From a virus: a DNA stretch of 64,000 bases. Under the pieces are notes generated by a model. It was not told the origin of the DNA. It did not search any database and saw nothing but the letters and a program-made list of their open reading frames with translations. Within the stretch, counting starts at the first letter, position 1. Each line of letters begins with the position of its first letter. Made by a program: the position numbers and the translations under genes. Positions 53,068 to 61,584 of the stretch are shown piece by piece. The DNA lies in the IMG/VR virus record IMGVR_UViG_3300027908_000006, positions 1 through 64,000 of that record; one strand, given 5' to 3'.

Positions 53068-53271
53068 ATGATGGGCATTCTCTACCGGATCGACGACGGG
53101 ATTGCGGAGGACGACGCCTGCGCAATGCTGGACGGCATCCGCGAAGAACTGGCCGAGTTCGCGGCTATGGTCCAGAGAGGGGAGCGGTCGCTCTACAGCG
53201 GAAGTGGAAGAAGAAACGGGAGGCTCTCAAGTGAACAATCCCAATCCTGCAAGTACGAGGTGAACCGATGA
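53068..53271 (+). CDS. Hypothetical protein
   Basis: ATG 53068. Its C-terminal codons lie in the 28-bp junction repeat, but in a different frame from copy 1. Confidence 0.35.
   Translation: MMGILYRIDDGIAEDDACAMLDGIREELAEFAAMVQRGERSLYSGSGRRNGRLSSEQSQSCKYEVNR
53239..53266 (+). repeat. 28-bp junction repeat, copy 2
   Basis: TCCCAATCCTGCAAGTACGAGGTGAACC, immediately before ATG 53268. Confidence 0.9.
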
Positions 53272-53699
53272 AAACCAAAAAAGCGCCGCCGATCCCCAAA
53301 AAGTATCGGAAGCCCCGGAAGGTGCATTTCTGGGGCCAAGAGTACACCGTGACTCCGGCGGTGTGCGAAGCTCACCACGGCAACGGCGAGCTACTCCTGT
53401 GGTTTGAGCCGCTGAATACGCGGCCCGACTATTACCTTATCCGCGTCGATTCCGACTTCTTCGCGGCGCCGGACTCGAACGGTTACGACCAGATCGACGC
53501 CGTGATCGACCTGCTGATCGACGAGTTTTCTGAGAAGGAACGCGAGCGTGAAAATCTCGCCGAAGACCTACGCGAGCAGGGCATTGAGCCGAACGGCGAC
53601 AACACCGACCTGGCTGGCAACGAAGAGCGGCTTGGCTGGCCGGTGCTGAGCCTGGACAGCGGTTATTCCTGGGGAGAGGTCTGCAAACTTAGAGGATGA
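53268..53699 (+). CDS. Hypothetical protein
   Basis: 143 aa. Confidence 0.4.
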   Translation: MKTKKAPPIPKKYRKPRKVHFWGQEYTVTPAVCEAHHGNGELLLWFEPLNTRPDYYLIRVDSDFFAAPDSNGYDQIDAVIDLLIDEFSEKERERENLAEDLREQGIEPNGDNTDLAGNEERLGWPVLSLDSGYSWGEVCKLRG

Positions 53700-53703
53700 A
53701 CCA

Positions 53704-54141
53704 ATGGGCATCGACCCGAATTCCGAGCTTGGCCGGAAGTGTCTCGCTCTGGCCGGACTCGCCGAGCCGGTCAAGCCGCTCCAGACGGTGTTCTCCTGCG
53801 TTCTGCCGTTGCCTCCGTCCACTAATAATCTCTTCGCTTCTGTCGGTAAGCGGCGTGTCAAGAGCAAGGCGTACCGCGATTGGATTACAGAAGCGATTCA
53901 ATCTGTGGAAGAGGTCTTCAGTGTCGCTACGCCTGTCTCTATCACACTGACGCTGACAGGACAGGTGAATGAACAACGCGACCTTGCGAACATCGAAAAA
54001 GCAAGCGTCGATTTGCTTGTGGCGTGGGACGTGATTCCCGATGACAGCCTGAAATTCGTGCATTCAATTAACCTTCGCTATCTGCCTAGCGATTCCTCTC
54101 CGTGTGTCCAAGTTGAAGTAAGGACTATTGACAATGCCTAG
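53704..54141 (+). CDS. rusA: RusA-family Holliday junction resolvase
   Basis: LPLPPSTNNLF...SKAYRDW...QRDLANIEKASVDLLVAWDVIPDDS is the RusA pattern. Confidence 0.65.
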   Translation: MGIDPNSELGRKCLALAGLAEPVKPLQTVFSCVLPLPPSTNNLFASVGKRRVKSKAYRDWITEAIQSVEEVFSVATPVSITLTLTGQVNEQRDLANIEKASVDLLVAWDVIPDDSLKFVHSINLRYLPSDSSPCVQVEVRTIDNA

Positions 54142-54351
54142 CGATACTGCGAGGCACGAAGAGAAAATCGTGGTGGGCCTACTGTGCCGATCATCTGTGC
54201 GGCCGGAAGATTGAGGACGGAAAAGTGATGCACCAAGTTCGCCGGGATTCCGCTTGACACGGCCAAGCCGCCGGAGATTTCGTAGAATGAAGAACGGCAG
54301 TCGGGTACGAACCGACTGCCGTTCAACACAACCCGCAGTGGAGTGCAGGTC

Positions 54352-54891
54352 ATGCCTGAGTTCGATTCTACGCTTGAGTACCGCGATGTTCCAGAGTTTC
54401 CCGGCTATCGCGTCGGTTCAGACGGCTCTGTATGGAGCGGCAAAACTGGCTCCTGGAAAGAACTGAAAGGTAGCCGTGTCGGAGAAATGGGCTATCGAGC
54501 AGTCTTGCTCAACGCTACAACCAGCCGCAAGGTCCACCGCCTTGTCTTGGAAGCGTTCGTCGGTCCATGCCCAGAAGGAATGGTGGCGGCCCATCATCCT
54601 GATCCCAACCCATTGAACTGTTCGCTTTCAAACTTGCGTTGGGCAACTCGGAAAGAAAACGAACAGGACAAGTTCAGACAGGGACGCCGCAAGTGCGTGT
54701 ACTTGGAAAAGAAACGCGCCGGGCAAGCCCAACGGCTCGCCGCACGGTTGGAGAGGAAAGCGGCGAGGGCGCTACTGCCAAGTCGTCAAGTCCTCTGGCA
54801 ACGAAAGATGCTCGCTCAGGGACGATGTGTTCAATGTGGCAAGAAACACAGCGGCAACAAAAAGCGTTGCGGATCGTGCCTTGCGAAATGA
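54352..54891 (+). CDS. HNH homing endonuclease with NUMOD4-like N-terminus
   Basis: YRDVPEFPGYRVGSDGSVWS...GYRAVLL...VHRLVLEAFVGPCPEGMVAAHHPDPNPLNCSLSNLRWATRKEN. Confidence 0.75.
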   Translation: MPEFDSTLEYRDVPEFPGYRVGSDGSVWSGKTGSWKELKGSRVGEMGYRAVLLNATTSRKVHRLVLEAFVGPCPEGMVAAHHPDPNPLNCSLSNLRWATRKENEQDKFRQGRRKCVYLEKKRAGQAQRLAARLERKAARALLPSRQVLWQRKMLAQGRCVQCGKKHSGNKKRCGSCLAK

Positions 54892-55158
54892 AGCTGATAC
54901 TCGCCCGCACGGTAGGGTACTCGACACACCGAGAACGTGTCGTACCTCAGCAGGACCGCTGCAAACCGCGGCGGATAAAGGCTATGTCAGCCAAATGACT
55001 AGGGGCCGCTCTTGGTGAGCGGCGAGCGTTGCTGTCGTAAGCAACCCCGGCCTGTTGAGATTGACCTTCGCTTCCTCTTCCCCTTCAAAGGGGGTAAGGG
55101 GGTTTATCCGCCTTGCAGTTCCAACAAGTAGCCGCTCAGCAGTGAGCGAGGGGGCAAC

Positions 55159-55635
55159 ATACTGACAATCTCTCTGTGGCAACCCTGGGCAACTCTGCTC
55201 GTGAACGGGGAGAAGCGGATCGAAACCCGCTCTTGGCCGTTTCCGCGTCCCATGCCGTGTGTTCTCGTAATACACGCCGCGAAAAAGTGGAATACGGAAC
55301 TGGAAAGCATGACTACCATTCCGCCGTTTCAACCAGCGTTACAATGGAGCCTGCGGAAACAATTCGGCCGGTATCTGCACGAGGACTTCGACCGCTCTTT
55401 CGGTGCTGTCGTTGGTATCGTCCGAGTGGCTTCTTGTGTACCTACCGAGACGTTGTTCCGCGAGGTTGTCGGGCCAAAGGAACTGGCGTTCGGTGATTAT
55501 TCACCGGGTAGGTTCGCGTGGATTTGCGACCGCTTCCACGCTCTGCCGGTTCCTGTTCCTTGCAAGGGTCGGCAAGCTTTGTTTCAGTGGCTACCGACAC
55601 CGGATGTAATCCTTCCTGAGTGGGCAACTGAGTGA
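55159..55635 (+). CDS. ASCH-domain protein
   Basis: (I)LTISLWQPWATLLVNGEKRIETRSWP...FGAVVGIVRV...GRFAWICDRFHALPVPVPCKGRQALF is the ASCH pattern. The homologous N-terminus lies upstream of the track GTG 55201. In-frame candidates are ATA 55159 and CTG 55162, with no ATG. Confidence 0.6.
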   Translation: MLTISLWQPWATLLVNGEKRIETRSWPFPRPMPCVLVIHAAKKWNTELESMTTIPPFQPALQWSLRKQFGRYLHEDFDRSFGAVVGIVRVASCVPTETLFREVVGPKELAFGDYSPGRFAWICDRFHALPVPVPCKGRQALFQWLPTPDVILPEWATE

Positions 55636-55649
55636 GCGAGGGGGAGCCG

Positions 55650-56000
55650 ATGAGCGACCTGAGCCAGCTGAGTCCGGCGCCGTGGCGAGTCGAAGAGGGA
55701 TGGAGTGACATTGTCGGCAAGGTCTGGCAAGTGTTTGGTCCGTCTGGTGTTGTCGGCAAATTCCTTTCGGAAGAAGATGCCAATCAATTCGTTCTGGCCC
55801 GCAACGCCTTAGAGGTGATGATGTGGCGCGGGTGGTACGCTTATCCGTCGAATCTGATGGATACTGTGTTGTGGACAGTTGCGGGGATGCCGATAGCAGT
55901 AGAACGAGAATTCGGCAAGTGTCAATATCGTGACCCGTTCACGGCTCTGGTCGAAGCGGAAAAGTGGTACAGGAACCATATTCAAGCCGCTCAGCAGTAA
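55650..56000 (+). CDS. Hypothetical protein
   Basis: ATG 55650 within the junction repeat; 116 aa. Confidence 0.45.
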   Translation: MSDLSQLSPAPWRVEEGWSDIVGKVWQVFGPSGVVGKFLSEEDANQFVLARNALEVMMWRGWYAYPSNLMDTVLWTVAGMPIAVEREFGKCQYRDPFTALVEAEKWYRNHIQAAQQ

Positions 56001-56018
56001 GCGAGAAAGGACCGAACG

Positions 56019-56180
56019 ATGATCGGGAAAAGAAAAGCTAAAGCCGCTACTCCAAAATGCAGGCGGTGCGGAGACAAACCGCGTGGGGTACATTCTCCCA
56101 AAGGTGGCTGGGTGACGTGTCCCGACTGTGGAGGCGCGGCTCTGAAACGACTTCTTGAAGGAAACAAAGCTCAGCAGTGA
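56019..56180 (+). CDS. Small zinc-ribbon protein (below the ORF-track size cut-off)
   Basis: 53 aa: MIGKRKAKAATPKCRRCGDKPRGVHSPKGGWVTCPDCGGAALKRLLEGNKAQQ. Bounded by junction repeats. Confidence 0.4.
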   Translation: MIGKRKAKAATPKCRRCGDKPRGVHSPKGGWVTCPDCGGAALKRLLEGNKAQQ

Positions 56181-56196
56181 GCGAGGGGGAAGGAAG

Positions 56197-56430
56197 ATGA
56201 AAGTTTGGGAAGCAACTATGATCGTGCTAAGGAAAACGGACAATCCAGCGGTTATGTGGGGAGATGAAGGATTACTCCATCTAATCGCCGATGAGTTGGG
56301 ATGGAAACACGACGCCTGGAAAACGAGTGAGCGAGTTCTGGCCGCTTTACGGAAGACGCCGGGGCCGTTGAGTAAGGGATTGACTCGCTGCCACAATCGC
56401 CTTGTGTCTATTTTTAGAATGCCTGAGTGA
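56197..56430 (+). CDS. Hypothetical protein
   Basis: ATG 56197 after the GAGGGGGAAGGAAG RBS; 77 aa. Confidence 0.45.
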   Translation: MKVWEATMIVLRKTDNPAVMWGDEGLLHLIADELGWKHDAWKTSERVLAALRKTPGPLSKGLTRCHNRLVSIFRMPE

Positions 56431-56444
56431 GCGAGGGGGAGCCG

Positions 56445-56570
56445 ATGGCACATTTGTTTCTGGCAGGAATGTGGTTGAGCGGTATCGACAACTCGGTGTT
56501 CGTGATCTATTACCGCGATCTGCCGAGGTTGCCGAGGTTGGCGTATCAAGGTCCGATCTGCCTGAACTGA
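56445..56570 (+). CDS. Very small hypothetical protein
   Basis: 41 aa starting at the ATG of the fifth junction repeat. Contains a 9-bp tandem duplication (GCCGAGGTT twice). Confidence 0.25.
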   Translation: MAHLFLAGMWLSGIDNSVFVIYYRDLPRLPRLAYQGPICLN

Positions 56571-56580
56571 AGGAGAACCG

Positions 56581-56862
56581 ATGAAATGCCGACATTGCGG
56601 TCACGTCCGGGCGAATCGACCGAGGCGACTTTGTCACCGCTGCTTCTACGACCTGAGTATCCGCGACCTGTACCCACCGTCGAAGATGTCGCCGGGTCCA
56701 GAGCCAACGGAATCCGAGTTGCTCGCCATGATCGCTGAGCAGCTGCCGACGATGCCACCAAAGGAATGCGAGGATTACGACGCCGTTCGTGATCCAGCAT
56801 TGTACGCACCGCGGATCGTGCGAATAGCCACGGCGAGAAAGCCCATGCGTAAGGAGTGGTGA
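56581..56862 (+). CDS. Hypothetical protein (N-terminal CxxC..CxxC)
   Basis: AAGGAGAACCGATG start region; 93 aa. Confidence 0.45.
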   Translation: MKCRHCGHVRANRPRRLCHRCFYDLSIRDLYPPSKMSPGPEPTESELLAMIAEQLPTMPPKECEDYDAVRDPALYAPRIVRIATARKPMRKEW

Positions 56863-57134
56863 TGAGCAAGTCGGCAAGAGCAGCGATGGCTCGATTGATC
56901 TGGAGAGGTAGGTACGGCAAGATTGACGCTTGCCGTCCGAGTTACGCCATACCTAAAGAGCAGCTTCGATTTTTCACCTTTGGTCCAGTGGCGAACAGAA
57001 TGGACGTGCGGGCTGCCTTTTACAAATCGCCAGAGCGCTTGGCTCGTGTTGCAGCTTTGGAGGAAATAGTCCAGAGAGACTTGAAGGCGATAGGTGGCCG
57101 TTGGTGGCTTACAGAGGTTCCGATCGTGGCCTGA
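56856..57134 (+). CDS. Hypothetical protein
   Basis: 92 aa. Confidence 0.4.
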   Translation: MVMSKSARAAMARLIWRGRYGKIDACRPSYAIPKEQLRFFTFGPVANRMDVRAAFYKSPERLARVAALEEIVQRDLKAIGGRWWLTEVPIVA

Positions 57135-57157
57135 CAATGCGGAAGGAGTGGTGAACG

Positions 57158-57361
57158 ATGACCACAGTACAACTCAAGTACGCAGCGGAAGACGCATTCG
57201 ATGCGTGGCTCGACTGTCCCCTGAACGCGAGTCGCCAGCGCAAGGAAAAACTACGGGCAGCGGCACACGTAGCCCAGAAGGAGTACGAGCGGGCTGCCGG
57301 GATCGTGCAGAAGAAGCATATCCGGGGCGCGGACGTGCCTTACTTCAGCGCCACACGTTGA
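57158..57361 (+). CDS. Hypothetical protein
   Basis: GGAAGGAG RBS; 67 aa. Confidence 0.4.
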   Translation: MTTVQLKYAAEDAFDAWLDCPLNASRQRKEKLRAAAHVAQKEYERAAGIVQKKHIRGADVPYFSATR

Positions 57362-57380
57362 TCGAACAAGCTGCCGATAC

Positions 57381-57408
57381 TTGACTATCACAAAGCACAG
57401 CGTACTAT
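57381..57408 (+). promoter_or_regulatory. Sigma70-like promoter candidate
   Basis: TTGACT (57381-57386), 16-nt spacer, TACTAT (57403-57408), in the gap before the second XRE gene. Confidence 0.4.
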
Positions 57409-57519
57409 AACGGTGTCTCCTCAACAAGCCGGGTCGGTTGCCGAAGTGATGAGCGGTGGCCGGTCCTGCTTCACTGGCGGCTCCTTCTACGCTCAAGCTC
57501 GCACATAGGTTAGAACGTC

Positions 57520-57987
57520 ATGTCTATCCCTTTCGCGGTTGCTTTGGAGGACTCGCGTCAGATCGGCCCTGACCTACACGAAGTCCCTGCCGCGCTGTCG
57601 GATTCTCCGGCGCCGGATTCCACGGCAGACGCCGCAGGATCGCCGCTGCTGGCCTCACAGGACCATGCCGACCCGGATAGCGTCTCGAAGCAGAATCGTA
57701 AGCCACGCGCCAAGCCTGGCAGCGGTAGCCAAGCCTGGCAGCGGGCGGCCCGCACCTTCGGCGGCCGACTGCGGGAGTTGCGTCGCGCGGCGGGGTTGAC
57801 TCAGGTCCAGCTGGCGGAGCGCTGCGGGATGCACTATCAGGCGGTGGCACAGCTCGAGCGCGGACCAGACCGGAGCGCTCCGAAACGCGGCGCGGCCGGT
57901 CCGGTATGGGGCGCAGTGGTGGCACTGGCGGCCGCGCTAGGAGTCCAAGTGACGGACTTCCTCCCGGACGACGCAGGAACGCATTAG
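57520..57987 (+). CDS. XRE-family HTH regulator with a long disordered N-terminus
   Basis: FGGRLRELRRAAGLTQVQLAERCGMHYQAVAQLERG is the HTH_3 pattern in the C-terminal half. Confidence 0.65.
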   Translation: MSIPFAVALEDSRQIGPDLHEVPAALSDSPAPDSTADAAGSPLLASQDHADPDSVSKQNRKPRAKPGSGSQAWQRAARTFGGRLRELRRAAGLTQVQLAERCGMHYQAVAQLERGPDRSAPKRGAAGPVWGAVVALAAALGVQVTDFLPDDAGTH

Positions 57988-58365
57988 CCGCTAGATCGGA
58001 GCGCGAGCCGGACCGATACCCTACTCGGCTCTCCGCGCGGTGGCGCCCCTGTTTTCGGCAGTGTACGGAAGCGTTGTAGCGATACTGCTCTATTTGTGCA
58101 GAATGATACACCAATATCAGCAGAATGAGGCAGTCAGAGACTAGCACCGTCTTTAATTCCGTCCGTGCCATTCGACGCGGTTGAATTTTCATCTCGTTAC
58201 ACCATATAGACTTACGGCGATTGTGCGGCATGGTTTCCCATCATCAAACACGAACGGCACGGATACTGCTATATCTCTTCCTGCCCAACGCGGTCAAAGA
58301 AAACTCGATAGGCAGTCAGCGCCGGAGGGACTGCCGACGACTGACCTACTCGGAAGGATACGACA

Positions 58366-58578
58366 ATGCTACAGACAGACGATGGATTGTTCGACTTGAC
58401 GGCGTGCGGCACGTTGTCCGCACGCCTGACCGCCGCGCTCAATCCGCCGCCGTCCGAGATGGGTTTGCGGCGCATCAAGATCGCCGCGGGCATCCTGGAC
58501 GACATTCGGAGCGCGGAAGACCGGCTCGCGGGACTGTGCTGCGACTGTGCAGCACAGCGGGGAGATACGACCTACTAG
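58366..58578 (+). CDS. Hypothetical protein
   Basis: 70 aa. Confidence 0.35.
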   Translation: MLQTDDGLFDLTACGTLSARLTAALNPPPSEMGLRRIKIAAGILDDIRSAEDRLAGLCCDCAAQRGDTTY

Positions 58579-58590
58579 GGAGGACTAACC

Positions 58591-58728
58591 ATGCGAATCA
58601 AAGGTGAAGTCGTGTACGTCGTCATTGACGACGAAGGGAAATTACAGGGCGTCTATGCCGACAAGCACAGCGCCGACGTTGCGAGTGCGGCGGTGTGCGG
58701 AGAAATCCACGTCATACTCGTGCAATAA
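58591..58728 (+). CDS. Small hypothetical protein (below track cut-off)
   Basis: GGGAGGA RBS; 45 aa: MRIKGEVVYVVIDDEGKLQGVYADKHSADVASAAVCGEIHVILVQ. Confidence 0.35.
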   Translation: MRIKGEVVYVVIDDEGKLQGVYADKHSADVASAAVCGEIHVILVQ

Positions 58729-58988
58729 TGACCTACTCTCTCCGAAGGATACTGACCATGACCATGACGGAGTATCGGGACTACTGGCGATTGTGCGAGA
58801 CCGCTGGCCTCGCGCTGATCTGCCTCCGCGATCTACTCGCTCACCCGTCCCTTGACCTGGGGGACGGAGAGAGAGCCGAGTACGAGCTGGACTGTCAGGC
58901 ACTAGCCGACAGTCTGCCCGCGAAATGCCGCGCGGTCACGCGACCGACCGCGGCGCCGACAACCGAAGTGATTGATTGCCCCTTCTGA
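58728..58988 (+). CDS. Hypothetical protein
   Basis: TAATG overlap; 86 aa. Confidence 0.35.
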   Translation: MTYSLRRILTMTMTEYRDYWRLCETAGLALICLRDLLAHPSLDLGDGERAEYELDCQALADSLPAKCRAVTRPTAAPTTEVIDCPF

Positions 58989-59085
58989 GCGCTGCACGTT
59001 GCAGCGCTCCCTACCGTGGCCACGACGCACGAGACTGCCGATCCGCAGTGGCGCAGGACGGCACCTATACGAGAGGACGGATACT

Positions 59086-60114
59086 GTGATTACGATTACC
59101 GTCAGACTGAGTGAGGCAGGCCGCAAGGCGGACTTGCTCTCCGGCGGGACCGGAGAGCAGAAGCGGACTCTGACAGTCCCGCACACCGATCCGAGCTACG
59201 CCGGACTGCTGGCCGTCGCGCAACTGTGCGACGGTGGCGCGCTGATCAATCAAGACCACTCCGGCGCGCCGGAGTACGACGCGCTCCCGACGCCTGCCGA
59301 TGTACTCGCGGGTATCTGGACCCGCGAGCAGGCGGAAAAGTACAAGGTAGCGGCTCAGCTGGCCGAACGGCGGGAGGCCACGCTCGCCGTGCTGCGCGAG
59401 CGCAAGGTGTCAAGCGGTAGTGGCCACGTCGCACAGTACCGGCCAGAGGCCGTGACCTATGTCCAGCTGACCCCGGACTGGCCGTATTACGCGGACCAGT
59501 CCGTGAAGGAGTCGCCCGAAGCGGTCGCGTGGGTCGCAGAATTGGACGCGCAGAACGCGACCGCCAGAGCAGCTGCCGAAGTGGAGAGCGCGGCGAAACT
59601 GGCCGCGCTCCAGGTGGAAGCGGACGCCAAAGCCGCGCGGATTGCGGCGAAACGGGCAGAGCGCGGCCTCGCGGATGGTGACCTCGCGCTGAATATCGAG
59701 GACGGCGCGCTGACGCAGGTTCCTGCTGGCTGTTGGCAATCGCATAGCCGCGGCAAAAACTGGCTCGCCATTATCGGCACTAGCCCAGCGTCCCCCGGCG
59801 GACTGGCCCGCGACTTCGCGCCGAAAGCGAAGGGGGACAGCTACTATCTCCTGCCGGACTGGACCGCAGGGGACGCGCTGGAATTCGGGGCTGACTACTA
59901 TACCGGCAGCGGCCGGAAGAGCGCGAAGCGCTGGTACGGATACGTCGTGCGGATTGAGGCGGATTACGTCGTGCTGCGCGAGTGCAGCACGGGTAAAGCG
60001 GCGGTGAAAGCCGGTGCCGCGCACCGCAAGACCCTGACACCGGATACGCAGGTAGCCGGAGCTATCCTCCGCGTCAACGGAGAGGGCGCGATCGTTGAGA
60101 CGCCCGCAGAGTAG
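59086..60114 (+). CDS. Hypothetical protein
   Basis: GTG 59086 after GAGAGGA; 342 aa with a central Ala-rich coiled coil. Confidence 0.45.
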   Translation: MITITVRLSEAGRKADLLSGGTGEQKRTLTVPHTDPSYAGLLAVAQLCDGGALINQDHSGAPEYDALPTPADVLAGIWTREQAEKYKVAAQLAERREATLAVLRERKVSSGSGHVAQYRPEAVTYVQLTPDWPYYADQSVKESPEAVAWVAELDAQNATARAAAEVESAAKLAALQVEADAKAARIAAKRAERGLADGDLALNIEDGALTQVPAGCWQSHSRGKNWLAIIGTSPASPGGLARDFAPKAKGDSYYLLPDWTAGDALEFGADYYTGSGRKSAKRWYGYVVRIEADYVVLRECSTGKAAVKAGAAHRKTLTPDTQVAGAILRVNGEGAIVETPAE

Positions 60115-60212
60115 TTTCCGCGTCCGCTCCCCTCACAGTACGGGAGCGGACGCCTTACCGCTGGGGACTGTCCCCAGCGGTCGCACGGAGAAAACCATAC
60201 GGAGTACACACG

Positions 60213-60437
60213 ATGGATAGTCCCCTTGTCCCAACCGGGCAAATCGAATGGCTCGTCGCCCGCATACACGTCGGCACGCCGCGCGCAGCCGTAGTCCGTG
60301 ACTTCGTCCGTCGCATGCGCCGCAAGGATGGTGTCCGCGGCTATGCGTTCTCCAAACCGTTCCGCAAGGGATGCTACCGCGCTGCCCTCGCGGCGCATGA
60401 AGCCAATCGGCAGCTGTGCCGCGATTTCCGCCTTTGA
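60213..60437 (+). CDS. Hypothetical protein
   Basis: 74 aa. Confidence 0.35.
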   Translation: MDSPLVPTGQIEWLVARIHVGTPRAAVVRDFVRRMRRKDGVRGYAFSKPFRKGCYRAALAAHEANRQLCRDFRL

Positions 60438-60489
60438 TCCACACCACCAGTCCGGCGCCTCAGGGCGCCGGACGCATTGGAGTAACAAC

Positions 60490-60684
60490 GTGAAACAGTC
60501 CGAGTATCATCATTGTGGCACCTGCTCGTGCTGCGGCGGTCGCATACCCTGCGGCGATACGAACATTGTGCGCTGGACGCGGTCCGGGGAGTGTCCAGGC
60601 AGCGTCAATCACGACGGTACTTGCGGCGCCATCCGTAGCGCCAAACCACGGAAAAAAGAGAAACCCGGCGCCTGTCATAATTAA
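60490..60684 (+). CDS. Small Cys-rich protein
   Basis: GTG 60490; HHCGTCSCCGGRIPCG. Confidence 0.35.
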   Translation: MKQSEYHHCGTCSCCGGRIPCGDTNIVRWTRSGECPGSVNHDGTCGAIRSAKPRKKEKPGACHN

Positions 60685-60753
60685 CCTTGTTCCCCACGGG
60701 CGCGGCAACCGTTGCCGCGCCTCTCCACTGTCGCCCCGACAGGAGTACCACAA

Positions 60754-60984
60754 ATGGAACCGCTCGAATTGTTCGCCGCTGCGATACAGACGCTCGCAGG
60801 TGATGCGCTCGCAGACGGCGCCGACCACGGCTATGGCATCATCATGGAAGCGCTCGCACCGCTTGCCCAAGAAGAACTGCTAAGCGCCTTGTCTCACCTA
60901 AACCTTGCGAAGCAGTCCGTCAACCGTGCCCAGCTGCACAATGCGGCCGCGCTTGGCGCACGCAGCTATGTCCGCCGTTCCTGA
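60754..60984 (+). CDS. Hypothetical protein
   Basis: 76 aa, helical. Confidence 0.4.
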   Translation: MEPLELFAAAIQTLAGDALADGADHGYGIIMEALAPLAQEELLSALSHLNLAKQSVNRAQLHNAAALGARSYVRRS

Positions 60985-61019
60985 TTCCACTCTTTCGCCC
61001 AATGGAAGGATACAGACCG

Positions 61020-61250
61020 ATGACGAATAAACTGTACGATCCGAAAGAATTGAAGTGTGGTCAGTCCGTCACCTTTAGCGCGCACGATCGACTGTTCACT
61101 CTCAAGCGTATCAGCCGCGATTGCTGGAATCTCGCTCAGCACGGTTTGTACGAGCGTTCGCGCTTCGGCAACTTGGAGCAAATCCGCGAAGACCTGGAAC
61201 ACGTCCGCACGACTGGAATCATTCCCAAAGCGTGCGGAAGGAGATGGTAG
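61020..61250 (+). CDS. Hypothetical protein
   Basis: 76 aa. Confidence 0.4.
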   Translation: MTNKLYDPKELKCGQSVTFSAHDRLFTLKRISRDCWNLAQHGLYERSRFGNLEQIREDLEHVRTTGIIPKACGRRW

Positions 61251-61253
61251 CCC

Positions 61254-61517
61254 ATGCCCCTCCACCTCCCACGCCCCAAACTCCGAAAGGGACGTATCTC
61301 CATCGTCTCGATAGCCCCCGACTACGACGAGGACACCATACGGCCCCGCGGCGTCTACCGCCTCTCTAAACACGGCATCCTGGACCCACGAGGACCGCCA
61401 CCACTACCCGAAACGGTAGTCAGCCAGATTGAACTGGCCCTCTCACTCGGCACCGGCCAGGCCGAGATACCACACGACGGACGCATCCTCAGCTGGGAAT
61501 ACTTCCCCGACGATTGA
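61254..61517 (+). CDS. Hypothetical protein
   Basis: 87 aa. Confidence 0.35.
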   Translation: MPLHLPRPKLRKGRISIVSIAPDYDEDTIRPRGVYRLSKHGILDPRGPPPLPETVVSQIELALSLGTGQAEIPHDGRILSWEYFPDD

Positions 61518-61584
61518 CCCCCGCGAGACGGCAACGCCTACCGTCTCGCTTCACTTCCCCCAACACTTCCGCTATCCTGTCAGA

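Larger units (their letters stand above)
55131..56447 (+). repeat. Array of five related stop-RBS-start junction repeats
   Basis: Copies at 55131-55154 (GCCGCTCAGCAGTGAGCGAGGGGG), 55628-55652 (CTGAGTGAGCGAGGGGGAGCCGATG), 55986-56005 (GCCGCTCAGCAGTAAGCGAG), 56169-56190 (GCTCAGCAGTGAGCGAGGGGGA) and 56423-56447 (identical to the second copy). Confidence 0.9.

Noticed and set aside
55131-56447. Possibility that the repeated junction elements are a CRISPR array
   Set aside because: Spacing is irregular (roughly 0.16-0.5 kb). The intervening DNA encodes coupled ORFs, the repeats are not uniform in length, and no cas genes are present.
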